From Paraspadella gotoi (taxonomy: Eukaryota; Animalia; Chaetognatha): 64,000 nucleotides of DNA. Shown here piece after piece: positions 26,301 to 39,566 of the stretch (within the stretch, counting starts at the first letter, position 1; every line of letters begins with the position of its first letter). A model generated the notes under the pieces. The model was not told where the DNA came from, searched no databases, and saw only the letters and a program-made list of their open reading frames with translations. The translations under genes and the position numbers were made by a program. The stretch spans positions 15,816,770 through 15,880,769 of the forward strand of contig CM119271.1 of NCBI GenBank assembly GCA_051294375.1. Reading direction: 5' to 3'.

Positions 26301-27019
26301 TTTGGAAGGGCTAAATCAAATATCTTATTTGCTTTTCTTTAGTTTTTGCCAATTCTAACCTAAAAGCCTAAGCTTATTAAAATTATAACTGCCTCTGCTT
26401 TTGCTAAAGCAAATTCAATTAGATAAGCTTATTAGAATTCTATCTGCTTTTGCTTTCGATTTTGCTTTTGCTAAAGATTATTCTCATTGTTAGTTGCTCT
26501 TCTTCAAGCCAAAGTTAATTCTTATTAATTAGATCCTCAGTTATTCTATGAAGCTCTAAAATATATAAACTACTAATAAAAAATTACCTGCCTCATTTTT
26601 TATTACCCTTAAAAAGCCACGCGTTCGGCGACGCGGGCAGCTCCTATTTGGTGGGCGTTCTGTCCGACGCTTTTCGTTCTCGTTTGGCGGCGACGCCCGA
26701 TCGCGACTTCATCGCCCTCCAACGGTCTCTCTTCGTCAATCCCTTCGTCGGCGTCATCGGCGGTCTCCTCTTTCTCGTCTGCGCCTTCTTCGTCGACGAG
26801 GACAAAGCGCGCGTCGACGCCGTCATCGCCGCCGCCGCCTCGAGCCCCCACGAGCCCATAGTGGCCGTGACGGTGGTGGCGCCGGCGCCGGTCACGACGG
26901 GCGCCGTCCGGCCAGAGTTTTCTCCGGCGCCGCCGATGGACGACGCGCTGGAAGCGGATCTCCTCGTCGCCGACGGAAGAGGATCGAGATTTGGAAGGAA
27001 TATGGCGTCCGACGCTTGA
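23345..27019 (+). CDS. SPNS1: Spinster-family MFS lysosomal transporter (7 exons)
   Basis: [88 protein letters not shown] and [17 protein letters not shown] are spinster hallmarks. Confidence 0.93.
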
Positions 27020-28082
27020 CGAAGACGATTATTATTTCCAGAAACTTAACCAAGGATCAAGACTTTATATTCGTGACAACACGAAAAAAAAATTTCTTTT
27101 AGTCTAATTTAGTCTAGTTGAGAAGAAATTGAAGTTTCTTCATATTATTATTTTTTATTAAGAGCTACTTTGTGATAAAACTGTTTGTCAATTTTCGTAG
27201 TTCGATGGTTTTTGGCCGAAAGGACAAAAGAAAAAGAACAATTATAATCGCAGGATATAAGTTCTGTTGGACCCATGCCTAAAAAAACCAAAAAAATGTC
27301 GCCGTTCCAGCTCACTTTGCTCAATCTTTGGAACCCAGATTTGAAATGGGTGTTATGGTTTAGTTAGCAATCTGCTCCGATATGCGATTTTGCTTTACCA
27401 GTTTTATTTTATAAGATGCGAATCCCCCCCTCTCCCATGTCCCTGACACCGTCTCTCTCTCTCCAAATCCTCCTTTTTCTGCCATTTTTTGGTCCCCTTT
27501 CTATCTTGTCCCAATCTCTTCACCTTTATTTCTATTTCCCTTGTCCCTTTTTTTGTCCCTCTTCTCGCTTAAACAATAAAGTTATTTGATGTTGGTGTTT
27601 TTTTAGTTTTTGTTAATTTCATTTTTACGTATTATTACGTACTTTTACTTTTAAGACACCTTACACCATCGTATTTATACCTAACATGGTTCCTGGGTAT
27701 TAGTTATTTATTTACATTTACATTTATTTTATATCGTTAAGGGAATAACATTATTCCTCTCTAACTAATACCCTAGTTAAGTAGTTATAAGTTCATTAGT
27801 AATGTTGTAAACTCCGGACCTTCACGTTTCCAATTATTGTATCCTAAGTTTTATGAGTACTTTCGTAGAACAACCTCGCTTGAAAAATCTGTTCCGGTGA
27901 AAACTATTTCGTTTTTTTACTGTTTTATAAACATTAGTTAAAATAACCAAAAAAAACCCAAACAAACAAAAAAAACTCATTTATATTGAAGCGCCTTCGA
28001 GAGGAACTCTTAAAAACTAAAAAAAAAAAGATCAGTCGATGGGCTGGCGCGGAGGAGACTCAAGCATCCGCGTGAGAATAAA

Positions 28083-30351
28083 ATGAGTAAAAGGCGGGGG
28101 CCTCATTCGCTGCACGATGACGCCAATCGATTTACCAACGAGGAGAACAACCGCCTGATTCAACAACATTCTCTCCCGCATCAAGAGATCGGTGAGTTTA
28201 AGAGTTATTGATTTAAATATAACCGTTTTTGATTTGATTTTAAAAAGGTTAATACCAATTTACCAAATAATATTAAGGATAATTAATAATAATCAAATCA
28301 AAACTGGAAATAGTTTTATTGATTAAATTACGATCTAAGTTTGTGTCCATTCCAAACATTTCGCAAAAGTTTGACCAACAAATTCGTTTGAAAGAGCGAA
28401 TACATATATTAAGTAGTTAACCCAAATTACAATAATTATAATGAAATACTGTATTGTACTATCTCACAATATCTCCTAAACTCGATCTCACTGTTACCCC
28501 CTCTGCTTCCCCCACGCTCAGGAACTTTCTCGCCGCCTTTCCTCATAAACCGCGGGGACGCTCCCCTTTCCTACACCCTCTTAAACGCGGGCGCCGCTGC
28601 CGCAGCCGCCGCCGCGCCGTCGAGTTCCGCCGCCTCCCACGGCGGCGCCCCCCACGCGGAGATCCTCACCCAGATCTACCAACCGGAAGTTGGGGCCCAC
28701 GGCGACAAACTCTCTCTCCTCCTCGCCGAAGGCAACATGATGTCGCACTCGGGCGACCATCAAGGGGTGAGAGGGGATTGAAGGGAATGAGAGGGGATTG
28801 AAGGGAGTCTCTGATATTTAAAGTTTCATATACGATTCATAATATCATATTAAATTATGAAATACTCGAAACAAAAATATTCGTTAGTATCTATGTTTCA
28901 ATTTGTCTATTCCCAAGAATCCCCCAGTGGCCGAGGCCATCGACAAGCAGTACTACGTGATGCTGACCCCGAACGCGGACCAGTCGGCCGACAAACGACC
29001 CATCGCTCCGCGGACACAGTTCTCCCCTCACGCGGAACCTTCGAACGCGCGGCAGGCGCGGCGCCGGGAGCTGCACAACGAGGTTGAGCGGCGGCGCCGC
29101 GACAACATCAACTCTTGGATGGTGCAGCTGTCGAAGATCCTTCCGGACTGCGTCTTCGGAGAGGATAACAGGTGGATTTATCCTTAATTATCAAATTATG
29201 GGTCTTTTTATGACATTTGAAACGTTTTATTAATAATCGTACGATTTTCTTGATAATGAAGCCAGGTTCTCTGGTAGTTGATTAACGAGACTATGAGAAT
29301 CTTGATTAATAGCTTGCTGAGTCCAGCTATGTTGCATATTATCTTGTAAGAGACATGGGGGCTTTTAACCAACCTTAGCCTATCTGGAGGAAAGATAGCT
29401 TATTTTTAAAAAGAATGAATAACTTTTAAATTGTTATAGAAGAGACAGTGATGATTGTTGTGTGTTAGCGAGAGAACCGTTCAATATAAGCAGTCCCTGA
29501 GCTTCGGATCAGGCTGTAACACTATGTTACAGGCGGGTTAAGCGCCCCGTCCCTCTTAACTGCTAGGCGACCACCAGGCTAGAACCCCGGACATTTGGGT
29601 TTGGAGGCGAATGACTTGCCTCCGGCACCAATTGTCGCTGATTTTAGGATTTTAGTCCACTATGGCAACAGCCGGGTTGCCTGTGATGCCCATTGGGATG
29701 GGGCATCTCACTGTTGGCTTTGGGGGCTTCCGACCCTCAGTGACGCCTCCAGTCACTGGCGCGGTTACCCTAGGACGGTCTCGCTTTGCCAACGCAGAGG
29801 GAAGTCATTAGGACTGTGGATGGAACACTACGCCTGGGATGGTGTGTTCCCCCTCTGAGCCAATGGATTTGGCTGACGGATGGTGGACGTGAGGCGGTGT
29901 GAATATACCGCCACACCACCATATTATCAGTTTTTAAAAACATAACCAGAGTGAAAGGACTTTCCTTTCGCTGCGTTTTAAATTGTGAGAGACTCGAAAA
30001 AGAGTCGAAACATAAAATAAAATAAAATTCGGTTGTTTGTAAACAAAAACAAACTTTGTTTTCTCTCACAAAAACATAACCTTAATTCATCAAATGCCCT
30101 ACTTCGCCTCCAGATCGAAGGCCTTGACGGCGACTTCCAAGGGCGCCATCTTGGAAAAGGCCGTCGCCTACATCGAGGCGCTGAAGGCGGCCAACACGAG
30201 CCTCGGCAAACAAGTCAACGAGACTCAACAGATGAAGACTGAGAACGAAATCCTGCGGCGACAGATCGAAGCCTTAAAAGCCGAGAACGACATCATGAGG
30301 GAACAGTTGGAGAGGAACGGACTTCAGCAGACGGATTCCAAGTTTAGTTGA
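28083..30351 (+). CDS. USF: Upstream stimulatory factor (USF1/2-type bHLH-ZIP), 4 exons
   Basis: USR motif QYYVML...RPIAPRT, basic region RRELHNEVERRRRDNINSWMVQLSKILPDC, helix 2 SKGAILEKAVAYIEAL and a leucine zipper. Confidence 0.93.
29258..29434 (+). repeat. Dispersed repeat family B copy, in a USF intron
   Basis: gaagccaggttctctgg...gagactatgagaatcttgatt...aagatagcttatttttaaaaagaatgaataac matches 8730-8883. Confidence 0.75.
29443..29663 (-). mobile_element. tRNA-derived interspersed element, copy 2 (USF intron)
   Basis: agaaccgttcaatataagcagtccctgagcttcggatcaggctgtaacac...gcctccggcaccaat is shared with 13179-13399. Confidence 0.8.
29664..29922. other. GC-rich hairpin-dense segment, probable retroelement UTR or structured RNA fragment
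   Basis: Serial hairpins ggcaac/gttgcc, gatgccc/gggcatc, cagtgac/gtcactg, ggaacac/gtgttcc, agccaa/ttggct and ggcggt/accgcc inside an otherwise AT-rich intron. Confidence 0.4.
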
Positions 30352-30671
30352 GACGGAGAGACGGACGGACGGATGGATGGAAGGAAGAGGAGCCGAGATC
30401 GCGGATGAAAAAAAAACTAAAAAAACTTGAATCCACGGGCGAAAGAAGAAAAAAATATATCATCGACTCTCTCTCTCTCCCCGATCCTTTTTGTTGTAAA
30501 AAGGGAAAAAAAAGTTGATTCCGTTCGCATTGGTATTCCCCTCTCTCTCTCTCTCTCGCGATGCTGTTGTAAATTCCGACATCGTTTTCGTTCTTTAATC
30601 GAGAGAATGGGAAAAGGGACGACGTCTGTCTTATCATTTTGGTATTTGAAAAATAATTTACCAAGAACGTT

Positions 30672-30710
<39 letters not shown>

Positions 30711-31291
30711 AATTATAGTTCTCAAGAGTGTTTTTTTTTCTCCTGTAAGCGCTATCATCAGAAATGCGTTTCTCCTTCTGCGCAACGAAGATTCGAAGAT
30801 TCCAACCTCATCGTTTTTATCATCCCCTCTCCCCCCCCCCAAAAAAAAGTGTTCGTTTAGTGGAATGATTCTTCTTCCCTCCCCCTTCTCAACTCGGCTC
30901 TCTCTCTGTCTCTATCTCACACTCCCCCTTCTACCCTCCGCCCTCTTTCCTGCGATCGGGGTCCAAAAAATAGTAGCGAGTAGTTTAATCTGGTCACGTG
31001 TCACTTTTCATAAAAATCTTCGTTCGTCGCCCTTTATATTTCCATTTCACTTCCTTTTATTTTTCTTTTTTTTTTTGGCGTTTCATTTTATTTTTTCGCT
31101 CTGGCCATTTTTTCTTCAATGTTTGATATCATTTTAGCGGAAAAAAAGGCGAACGTGATAAAGAAATAAAAAGAGGAGAGGGAGAAAAAATAATCACTCC
31201 CGCCGATCGTCGAGCGAAAAGAAGTTTCAATTAACAATTTATTCTCCATAAAAAAAATAAATTTCGAACTTCAACGACGAAGACGACGACG

Positions 31292-34200
31292 ATGAAGAAA
31301 GCGGAGAATTCCTCCGACGAGAAAATGGAGGATTTTTACAAACTCTTGAACAAATACCGAATCGAGGGGACCTTCTGCGACGTGGCACTCTGGGCCAAGT
31401 GCCCCTCCAACCCTGACAACGTGATGGGGCCTTACTCGGCGCACAAGGTCGTCCTCGCCTCGGCCTGCCCGTCCCTCGCGCCCGTCATGACGTCGCAGGT
31501 TTCAATTGGATCGAAAAAATGACACGGAATCTTTTATCATTTTACAGAAATCTTCACATTTGAATTTGATTCTGGGCTCAAAAAATCGAATGCGCATTTT
31601 CTAATATTAATTATGAAGTCTTCTGTAAATGTTAATTGTTAATTAAATCGTTGAACGCTTTTTTTATTCCAGAATATTGCGCTGGACGCGGCCGACAGCG
31701 AAACGCTGCCCGTCTTATTGACCTGGGTTTACGGACAAAAGGAAGACGCGGCAAAACTCATCACTTCCGTGGGAATATTGGACCGACTCAAGTACCTCGC
31801 TAAAGTTAGTTTTCTTGTGGCTCATGGAGAAAGGATAAAAATTAACCTGACCCCAATCGTCTTATGTAAGATAACTTGGTACAGCCAATATAAAAATTGT
31901 CCATTCATTTAATAAATAGCTATCTTGCCCCTGACTTTGGACAGGCTGTTAGTGTAGTGTTACTAGTGTTAGTGTAGGATGTTTTCGAACATTTAATCAG
32001 TCGCGGCACTCTCTCATTTAAAGTGTTATTAAATATTGTTTTATTACTTAAACTTTATTATTTAGTTATAAACCAACAAAGCCTCTTATCGAGTCGAGTC
32101 TAATCGCGATTAAAATCACAACCATCTCACTCATTTTTTTCTCGTAGTGTCTGAACATGAGGAGCCTCACCTCCTTCCTCACCCAAGTCTCCATCAACGA
32201 CTCTGATCCTCCGCCTGAAGTGGATCGACCCGAGACTCACCCGATCCTTCATAGACGACCCGTCGTCGACGCCGCTTCCGCCGACCCCGCCGACCCCGCC
32301 GGCCCCGTCGAGCCCGTCGAGAGCCCGGGTAGGATGCTGCCGATTGCTATATTGTAAAATGTTGGATGGTCTCTTCAAAAAAAAAATTCATATGTGAAAA
32401 GTGACGAGATTACTTGTTTTACCATAATTAAAAAAAGAAACTTTTGTTGTCAAAAACATTTCTTCCATTATAATTCGACAATAAACATTCTCTCTGATTT
32501 CAAACGTTAGTTTTGAAATATTTTTAAAATATTTTATGAAAAGAGGGATCGTCCATTTGAAAATTCAATTCAAAAAACGGAATTATTATTTATTTATTAA
32601 TCTTTATTATTATTTATTTTTTAATCTTTATAGCGTCAAGCGCCGAAGACATCGCCGCCGCCAAAGGAGGAAGAAACGTCTCATCCTCGGCCGCGCGGGA
32701 GACCGTCCCTCCCACGCCCCCTTCCTCGAAAAAGGGCAAAAGTCGCGTCGTGAGGTCGTCGGTCGGAAATCGGGCCGCCACCTCCGCCGCACCGACAGAA
32801 GCTGCAGGGGAACCAGCAGCTGACGCGGCTTCGGCGTCGGACGCGGCGTCCGCCACGAGGTCCGAATCTCCGTCGAAGGAGAATCAAACGAAGACGAGCG
32901 GGAGACGATCGACGTCGGGAAACGCAGGGACGCGCGGAGGCGGAAGCGTTAGAAAGGAGGTATTGGATCTTGAACGTCTTTTTATCTTTTGGGTTTTAAA
33001 CTTAAACAAAATTATAAGTATACTATAACTATTAACTGATTCATAAATATTGAATAGTCTCTACGTAAGATGAGGTCAGTCCTTATTAATGTCCAACCAT
33101 TCCTTTACTTTCCTCTCAGAGTCTGCCTCTTCAGGAAAGAAGCTCCGCGCCTAAGCAGCCGTCCGCCGCCGCTACAGCAGCTACTGATCCCAACGACGAG
33201 AACGACAAAGCCGACGTCGACCTCGACCTCGACCTCGCCGCCGACTTTAGCAGCAGTCAGGAAGCCGATTCCACTACAGAAGAATCCTCTTCCGACACAC
33301 AGGTTATTTGTATTTCTTTAATTAAACTTTTATCGGATTGATCTATTAATTTAATTAGATATTTATCAATGTTCAGAAGCGGAGAAAGCGAGGGCAGAAA
33401 GAGGCCCCGCCCGCTGCTTCGCCGATGAAGAAGAAAAAAGATGCGGCGGAGAACAACAACAACAACAATATCAACAGACTGAAGGCGGATAATAAAGGGT
33501 GAGTTAATTGAAGAGGTGAGGTGAGGGTATCTTACTAACTTACCCCAGCTTATTTTGCCAAGGCCCCAATCCAAAACCTCGTCGCCCTCCGCCCCACACC
33601 TTCGCCACAACGCCTTGACCCCGGCGGTGTCGCCCAACGCCAACGCCAAGAACAAAGCGCAGCTCTGGTCCTCCTCTTGGCACACGGTCGACATGGCCAA
33701 GCTTAAGATCCCCGAGGATACGACAAAGTAAGAGACGGGTTGTTAATCTCATTTGCATATTATAGCAGTTTAGGTTATTCTTATCTATTTTCGTTCGGTC
33801 TTAGAAGTTTTGTTTTAAAATATCAGGGACATTTTTCGATAAGTTTTGCGAATAATATTTAGTAATTTCTTTGGTAGTATTGTAATTTAAAAATGGGAAT
33901 CATTTGTCTCAGGTATCCCTTCAAGAAAGTTCGGGAGGCGACGGTGGCCATGACTTGCTATTGTCACCTCTGCGGGAAAATGAAATCGGGAAAAGAACTC
34001 AAGTTTCACTACGAAAAGATTCACTCGCTCGACGTGAAAGACTCTTATCAAGTCATATGCCTCGTCGAAAAGGCCGAGGACTTTTTGCAAAAGTGCAAGG
34101 TTATTTTGATTATATTGTTTAATTATAAATAATAATAATACTGATATATGAAAATTTGCAAATTACTTGTTTCACTATTTTTCATTTTTCTATTTTAATA

Positions 34201-35019
34201 TTTTGATATTTTTATGAAGGATTTAGTATTTAATCTATATTATTTATTCAAACATATATTGCTTTCTTTTTTAAAAATGTTTTATTTATCTAATAATGAT
34301 ATTTATCTAATAATGATATATGTTAGTCATTCATATTTGACAGTGGGTGGCCTTGAAAGACTTGACCGCGGACATGGCGCTCGACCTCGTCTGCGGAGTT
34401 TGCTACATCAACAAGAGCGGAAAGAAGGCGCTCTTTCGACATCTAAAGGTTATTAACGAATGTATTATAATATATCGTAGTTAAAAGATAAAAGGATGAA
34501 CTGAAATATAAAAGAATAAATATTGAACCTCAGGAGAAACACAATGTGGACGTCAACGAACAAAATCCCAACTTGGAATTGTTGGTGGAGAAAAAGATGT
34601 GGGAGATAGACATGGAATCCGTGACCGACCAAAGTCAGTCTCTTCAATTCGTTAATGTAATTATTTAGTAGCAATAATTTATTTTAATATTTTTTTTTAC
34701 GTTTTTAAGCGCCAGAAACTGGGACGGATCCCGTGACGAGTTGGATTAAATTCTCAGAGGCGCCGGCGACGAGCTCGTTCCAGTGTCACGTCTGCGATCG
34801 ACCGACGAATTCGAAAAAAGGAATCAAGGCTCATCTCCTCACTACCCACTCTATCGATATCGAAGAAGAGAAGGGAGGCTCCGTTCTACTGGTTCGTTCA
34901 TTATTACTTTTTTATTTACTTTAACGCTATAATTAAATTCGAAACTTTTTTTTTTTTAGATTCAACGCGGCACCGTGAGTCGGAAGAGACGCTCGACCAT
35001 GGGCGTTCGCGATTTATGA
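31292..35019 (+). CDS. BTB/POZ protein with three spaced C2H2/BED-like zinc fingers (multi-exon)
   Basis: LNKYRIEGTFCDVALW...YSAHKVVLASACPSL (BTB); CHLCGKMKSGKELKFHYEKIH, CGVCYINKSGKKALFRHLKEKH and CHVCDRPTNSKKGIKAHLLTTH; last exon ends GVRDL*. Confidence 0.82.
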
Positions 35020-35978
35020 GAAATGACGCCGGTGGCATTAACGATGGCGCCACTCGATGGCATCAAAGATGGCGCCAATGGAATGTTGCATCATAGGAAA
35101 TATATTCTCAGCCTTAAATTTTGTCTTGGAGTCCGAATCATCGATCATTTTTTTTATCCGTTCACGAGACAACGAAAGATGCCACGTGTTTTCCACTTCA
35201 CCATTTATTTTGAATAAAGAGTTGTTAACAAATTAAGATGCTATTCCGGCGATAAAACGAACAAACTTCATGCAAATATATATATATACATACAATAGAT
35301 AAGCAATAAGCTGGAGTCGAATGAACCTCGAGGAATTTAAAAACTTGTGGTCTAAATCGTCGTCTTCGTCGACAACGAAAATCAATTAAAAAATGTCGAA
35401 CCCGCCTCGCGATTTTTTTCTTTTTTTAGTTTTAAGTTTTAATCTCGGATTTTCTTCTTTCGCCCAAATGAATTTGTCGCCAACTTTAACCTGATTGAAT
35501 ATCGCGAAACGGAAAAAAAAATGGGGGGGGGGGAATTAGACTTAATATTTTTTTTCATTCCCGATCATCGCCAAATTTTTATTTACAAAAAAATCTATAT
35601 ATATATTTACTCTTGACTCGGTTTTTTTTTTTTATGAACTACGAAGTTCCGTTACTATTTTTCCCCCCGGAACGTAGGTAACCACCGTGTATTTTTCCTC
35701 AAGTTCTACCGAGGAACGCGCTGTATGCTATGAACTATGTCGAAGAAAAAAAGGTCGTTTTATTGTTTCTATGTCTCATCGCAGCAATTGAGTTCCGTTA
35801 CATAGAAATCTTATGTAAATAAATCGTCACAACTTTGATAAAGTTTTTTTTTCATGGGAATCCTCCTACCATGATTTTTCTATATGTCACCTCTAATATT
35901 TTTTTCTTAGGTTATATATGCATACATGTGAAAAATTAAAACGAATAAATTATCTCATTGTTACGTCATTCTTTTCGA

Positions 35979-36587
35979 ATGTCCTTCGATTTGGACAAAG
36001 TGGTGACTTGTCAAAGCCTCGTCCGCGGATTTCTCGTCCGCCGCCGACTTCGATCCGTCGACGAACAGTTTCGTCGGATCCTTCTCGAGATCGAGGGAGA
36101 GGAAGAGGAGGAGGAGGAAGAAGAAGAAGGAAAGAAAGAAAGGAAGGATAAAGATAAAGAAGAGACGAGGATTAGTGACCCCGAAGTCCAGCCCTCCGTC
36201 GATTCTTTCGACGACGCCCATCGCCTTCTTTGGAAATCTCTCGAAACCGCGACCGGATTAATATCGCCAGACGTCGCTGCATCGATCGACGATTCTACGG
36301 GAGCCAAAGATTCGATTCGATCGTCGCGAACGACGCCGCACGAACCCGCGACATCTACCGACGATCGGGGAGAGCATCCGGAATCTCTCGTCGCCTCCAA
36401 ACATCCAATCTCCGACGCTCTCGTCGAGGACGAAGACTTTTCTTTATTGAAGGATTCCTTCAAACATCTCCGCCTCGAGCAGTTGAGAGAGTTGAAGCTG
36501 AAGACGGCCTGCGAACTTCTTTGGGTCCACTCATCCGTGCAGAGTCGAAAAGAATACTTGAGACAATCCCGAATACCGTCTTTTTAA
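35979..36587 (+). CDS. IQCC: IQ domain-containing protein C, intronless
   Basis: N-terminal IQ motif VTCQSLVRGFLVRRRL...EIEG and C-terminal ELLWVHSSVQSRKEYL; both blocks match IQCC as I recall it. Confidence 0.85.
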   Translation: MSFDLDKVVTCQSLVRGFLVRRRLRSVDEQFRRILLEIEGEEEEEEEEEEGKKERKDKDKEETRISDPEVQPSVDSFDDAHRLLWKSLETATGLISPDVAASIDDSTGAKDSIRSSRTTPHEPATSTDDRGEHPESLVASKHPISDALVEDEDFSLLKDSFKHLRLEQLRELKLKTACELLWVHSSVQSRKEYLRQSRIPSF

Positions 36588-36655
36588 GCTTCCTCATTCC
36601 TCATTAGTTAAATTGAACTTTTTAAATGAAAACGTAAATCCTCGGTTTGGGGACG

Positions 36656-39566
36656 ATGATGTCCTCGATTCCCGACTCCGCCAATTCGAACCTCCTCTCC
36701 GATGGAGACGGTCATCAGGTCTGGAAGAAAAATATTATTTTTTTTATTATTTAATTAATAATTAACTTTTTAATTTATAATAATTTTTTGCCCGTTTCGT
36801 GCGTTTCACTTTCAGATATCGGCGAACACGACGACCGATTCGACAACGACTTCGACGTCGAGAAAGAAGGTTGTCGCTTCTCGTTACATGCAGTCGGTGA
36901 GTATTGGATGCTGTCGGTGTATTGAATGCAGTCGGTGGGTATTAGATGCAAGTCGTTGGGTATTGGATGCCTTTAATTTCGGAGGATATTGGATGCAGTC
37001 CGTGGGTAATGGATGCCATCGGTGGGAATTGAATGCTGTCGGTCTGTTTTTGATGCAGTTTGTGGGTATTGAATGCAGTCTATGGGTATAGTTTGCTATC
37101 AATATTGTATGCGTCTGTATATCGTTACAGTCGGTGTCTACTTGTAACTTACACTTCACTGAAGGTCAGTTACTTCTCGTCACGAACTACAAGACAATAT
37201 TTTTCATAATTTCCACCTCTCTTCGTTTTCAAGACGACGCCAAAAAATCTGAAGGGCGAAGGGAATTCATCGAGCAAATTAGATTCTTCGACTAAATCAA
37301 AATCGAAAAATGGTATTAAAAACAACCTTCATTAATCATGACATATTTATACTTAACAAATCATAATACCGCCTCTCGCTTCCCGCCAGCTTCCTTCACA
37401 ACCTCTCACAACACGACTCCGTCTCGTCCCACCGTCGGCCGAAAACCCGCCCGACAACCGCTCCGTCCCGTCGGTCTCGACAATACCTCTGCCGACAAAT
37501 CATCGAATCGTTCGGGCAAATCGTCGGCCGCTCGACCCGACAAGTCAAAGGACGACGATCTTTCGCCGGCCGACGCTTACCTCTTGTCCATCATCGACGC
37601 CCGCACGTCCAAGATCATGGCTCTTAACCTCGAGCAGCCCATGTTAGTATCCTTTTTAGTCCGTTGGTCCGGGGATGTTTTGTTAAAGATATTATTTTAA
37701 AAAAGTCTTTTTTGGTTGTTTTATTAATAACTATTTTTTGGAGCTAAAATAAAATAAAGGTTAGCTATGAAGACAAGAGAAGTCGAAAAAAAGAAGAATT
37801 TTAAAAAAGGGGAAAAAACTGGGGTGTATTAATTAAAAATATATAATATTTCGGAAATTATGCTTTTAAAAAAGGATCACATGGACAGAAATTTAAAAGA
37901 GCTCATATGTTTGCACATTGCACAAGTATGATATAAGGGCAGATTAAAGGTCGAGTTAGTCTGACTCTCCCCTTCGGGTAAGCAAAACAAGTTAAATGGA
38001 GAGAAAGAAATACGTATATATCGGAAAGCGACTAATACAGTGAAAAAAAAAGACGAAACTTTAGTCAAAGTGGAGAATCTAAAGAGAGGGAAATAGAGAG
38101 AAACCGATTCCCGGGAGGAGGAGGAAGATGAACAAAAAGCTGTAGGCTCGCGTAGGCCTGTCGTCTCTTACTGGGTACTTTACTTTCCTACCAAATATAA
38201 ACTTAATAAATACAATTTAAATATAAGTGGGACAGACCGACCGACATTGTGTTATAGAGTTGCTCCGCGAGTACTCTTGGCTGAACTAAACCGAGAACGC
38301 CACAACTGATTAAACTCTAAAAAAAATGCACGTGCGCATGCGTTAACTTGTTTATTCTCATATCGGTCCGCNNNNNNNNNNAAGAAGGAACTATCGAGTT
38401 AACCCGTTTGGGTCAACACTTTACGGCACTTTCGCAGGAATTAGCTGGACAGCGCGTGGAGAATCTTGAAGCTCAGGTGACCAGTCGCTTTTAACAATGA
38501 TTTTCTGATATACTATTTATTCGATTGATTTTATTCGTTTTATTTTATTTATTTCATATTCAGTGCCAATCGACTCTCAAATCGCTCGGCTCTCTCTTCG
38601 ACCTCGAAGCGAGAGAGGATCGTCGAGTGGAGACGGCGCTTCGTCGCGGAGAGTCGATCCAAATGGTCGTCGACCACAAAAGTAAGTCTCTCCCTCTCTC
38701 TTTTTTTTTTATTTCCCCCCTCTCTCTCTCTCTCTCTCTCCATTTGACCCTCGTAATCTTTCTTTCCCTCCCAGAAAACTTCCTCCCAATTCCTCCCCCT
38801 CTCTCCTTTCCCTCTTCCTCCGACGGAGTGGCTCAATCAGCGGCGGCCGCCGACGTCGTCGCTCAACTCGATCGATTCGACTCGAGATTCTCTTCAGTTC
38901 CGAGTCAGAGGATAAAGGAATTCAAGGAGGCCGTAGGTGAGTTGTGTCTCTCTCTCTGTCCGTGAAATTGATCAAATAAGTATTAAAATTCGTGAAATGA
39001 GACTATGAAATTAGACTGGTATAGAATTCATGACAAGTCAATGTCTACACGACAATATGTAAATGAGATTGATGAGTTCGATCTCATTTTCGGTTGAATC
39101 AAAAGTTCCTCTCTTATATACATCCTAATAATCTTAAAAAGAGAAGCGTAATTGTCAAAGTTGCAGAAGAGAAAAGGAAGGATAAGAAAGAATAGAATGA
39201 AGTCACATATTTTGATTGTGCAGAGATGATCGAATGATTGACTTATTTAACGCTCGTTTTTTTTTTTGTCCATTTTTCATCTATTCATTCATTCACATTA
39301 AACATTTATTTTAGTTTCAATGATAAAATTATTAAATTAATCTCATAGTAATCTTATTATATTATTATTATTATTATATTAAATAGAAAACTTAAAGAAT
39401 CTAAGATTATTAATTAATTTATAATTTGCCAACAGAAAACCTCGTGATCCTCGTGAATTCTCGTCGGGAAGAAATCTCGTCTTCGTCTTCGATCCTCGAT
39501 CGATTCCTTCATCGACTCGTCGCCCTCCTCTTCGCCGCCTCCGACCCCCTTCCTCTTCGAGACTAA
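36656..39566 (+). CDS. Multi-exon gene, possibly HAUS8 (augmin subunit)-like; spans an assembly gap
   Basis: Phase-compatible exons. The N-terminal KKVVASRYMQ resembles the HAUS8/QWRF V.SRY[LM]Q motif and is followed by a basic Ser-rich region and a helical C-terminus ending PLRD*. The gene is well supported; its identity is tentative. Confidence 0.55.
36888..37138. repeat. Minisatellite of ~20-21 bp units (about 11 copies)
   Basis: atgcagtcggtgggtattgg and variants in tandem. Confidence 0.9.
38372..38381. other. Assembly gap (10 N)
   Basis: Run of n. Confidence 1.

Noticed and set aside
30344-31137. 236-aa and other ORFs downstream of USF
   Set aside because: Built from CT/GA microsatellites and T-runs in UTR or intergenic DNA.
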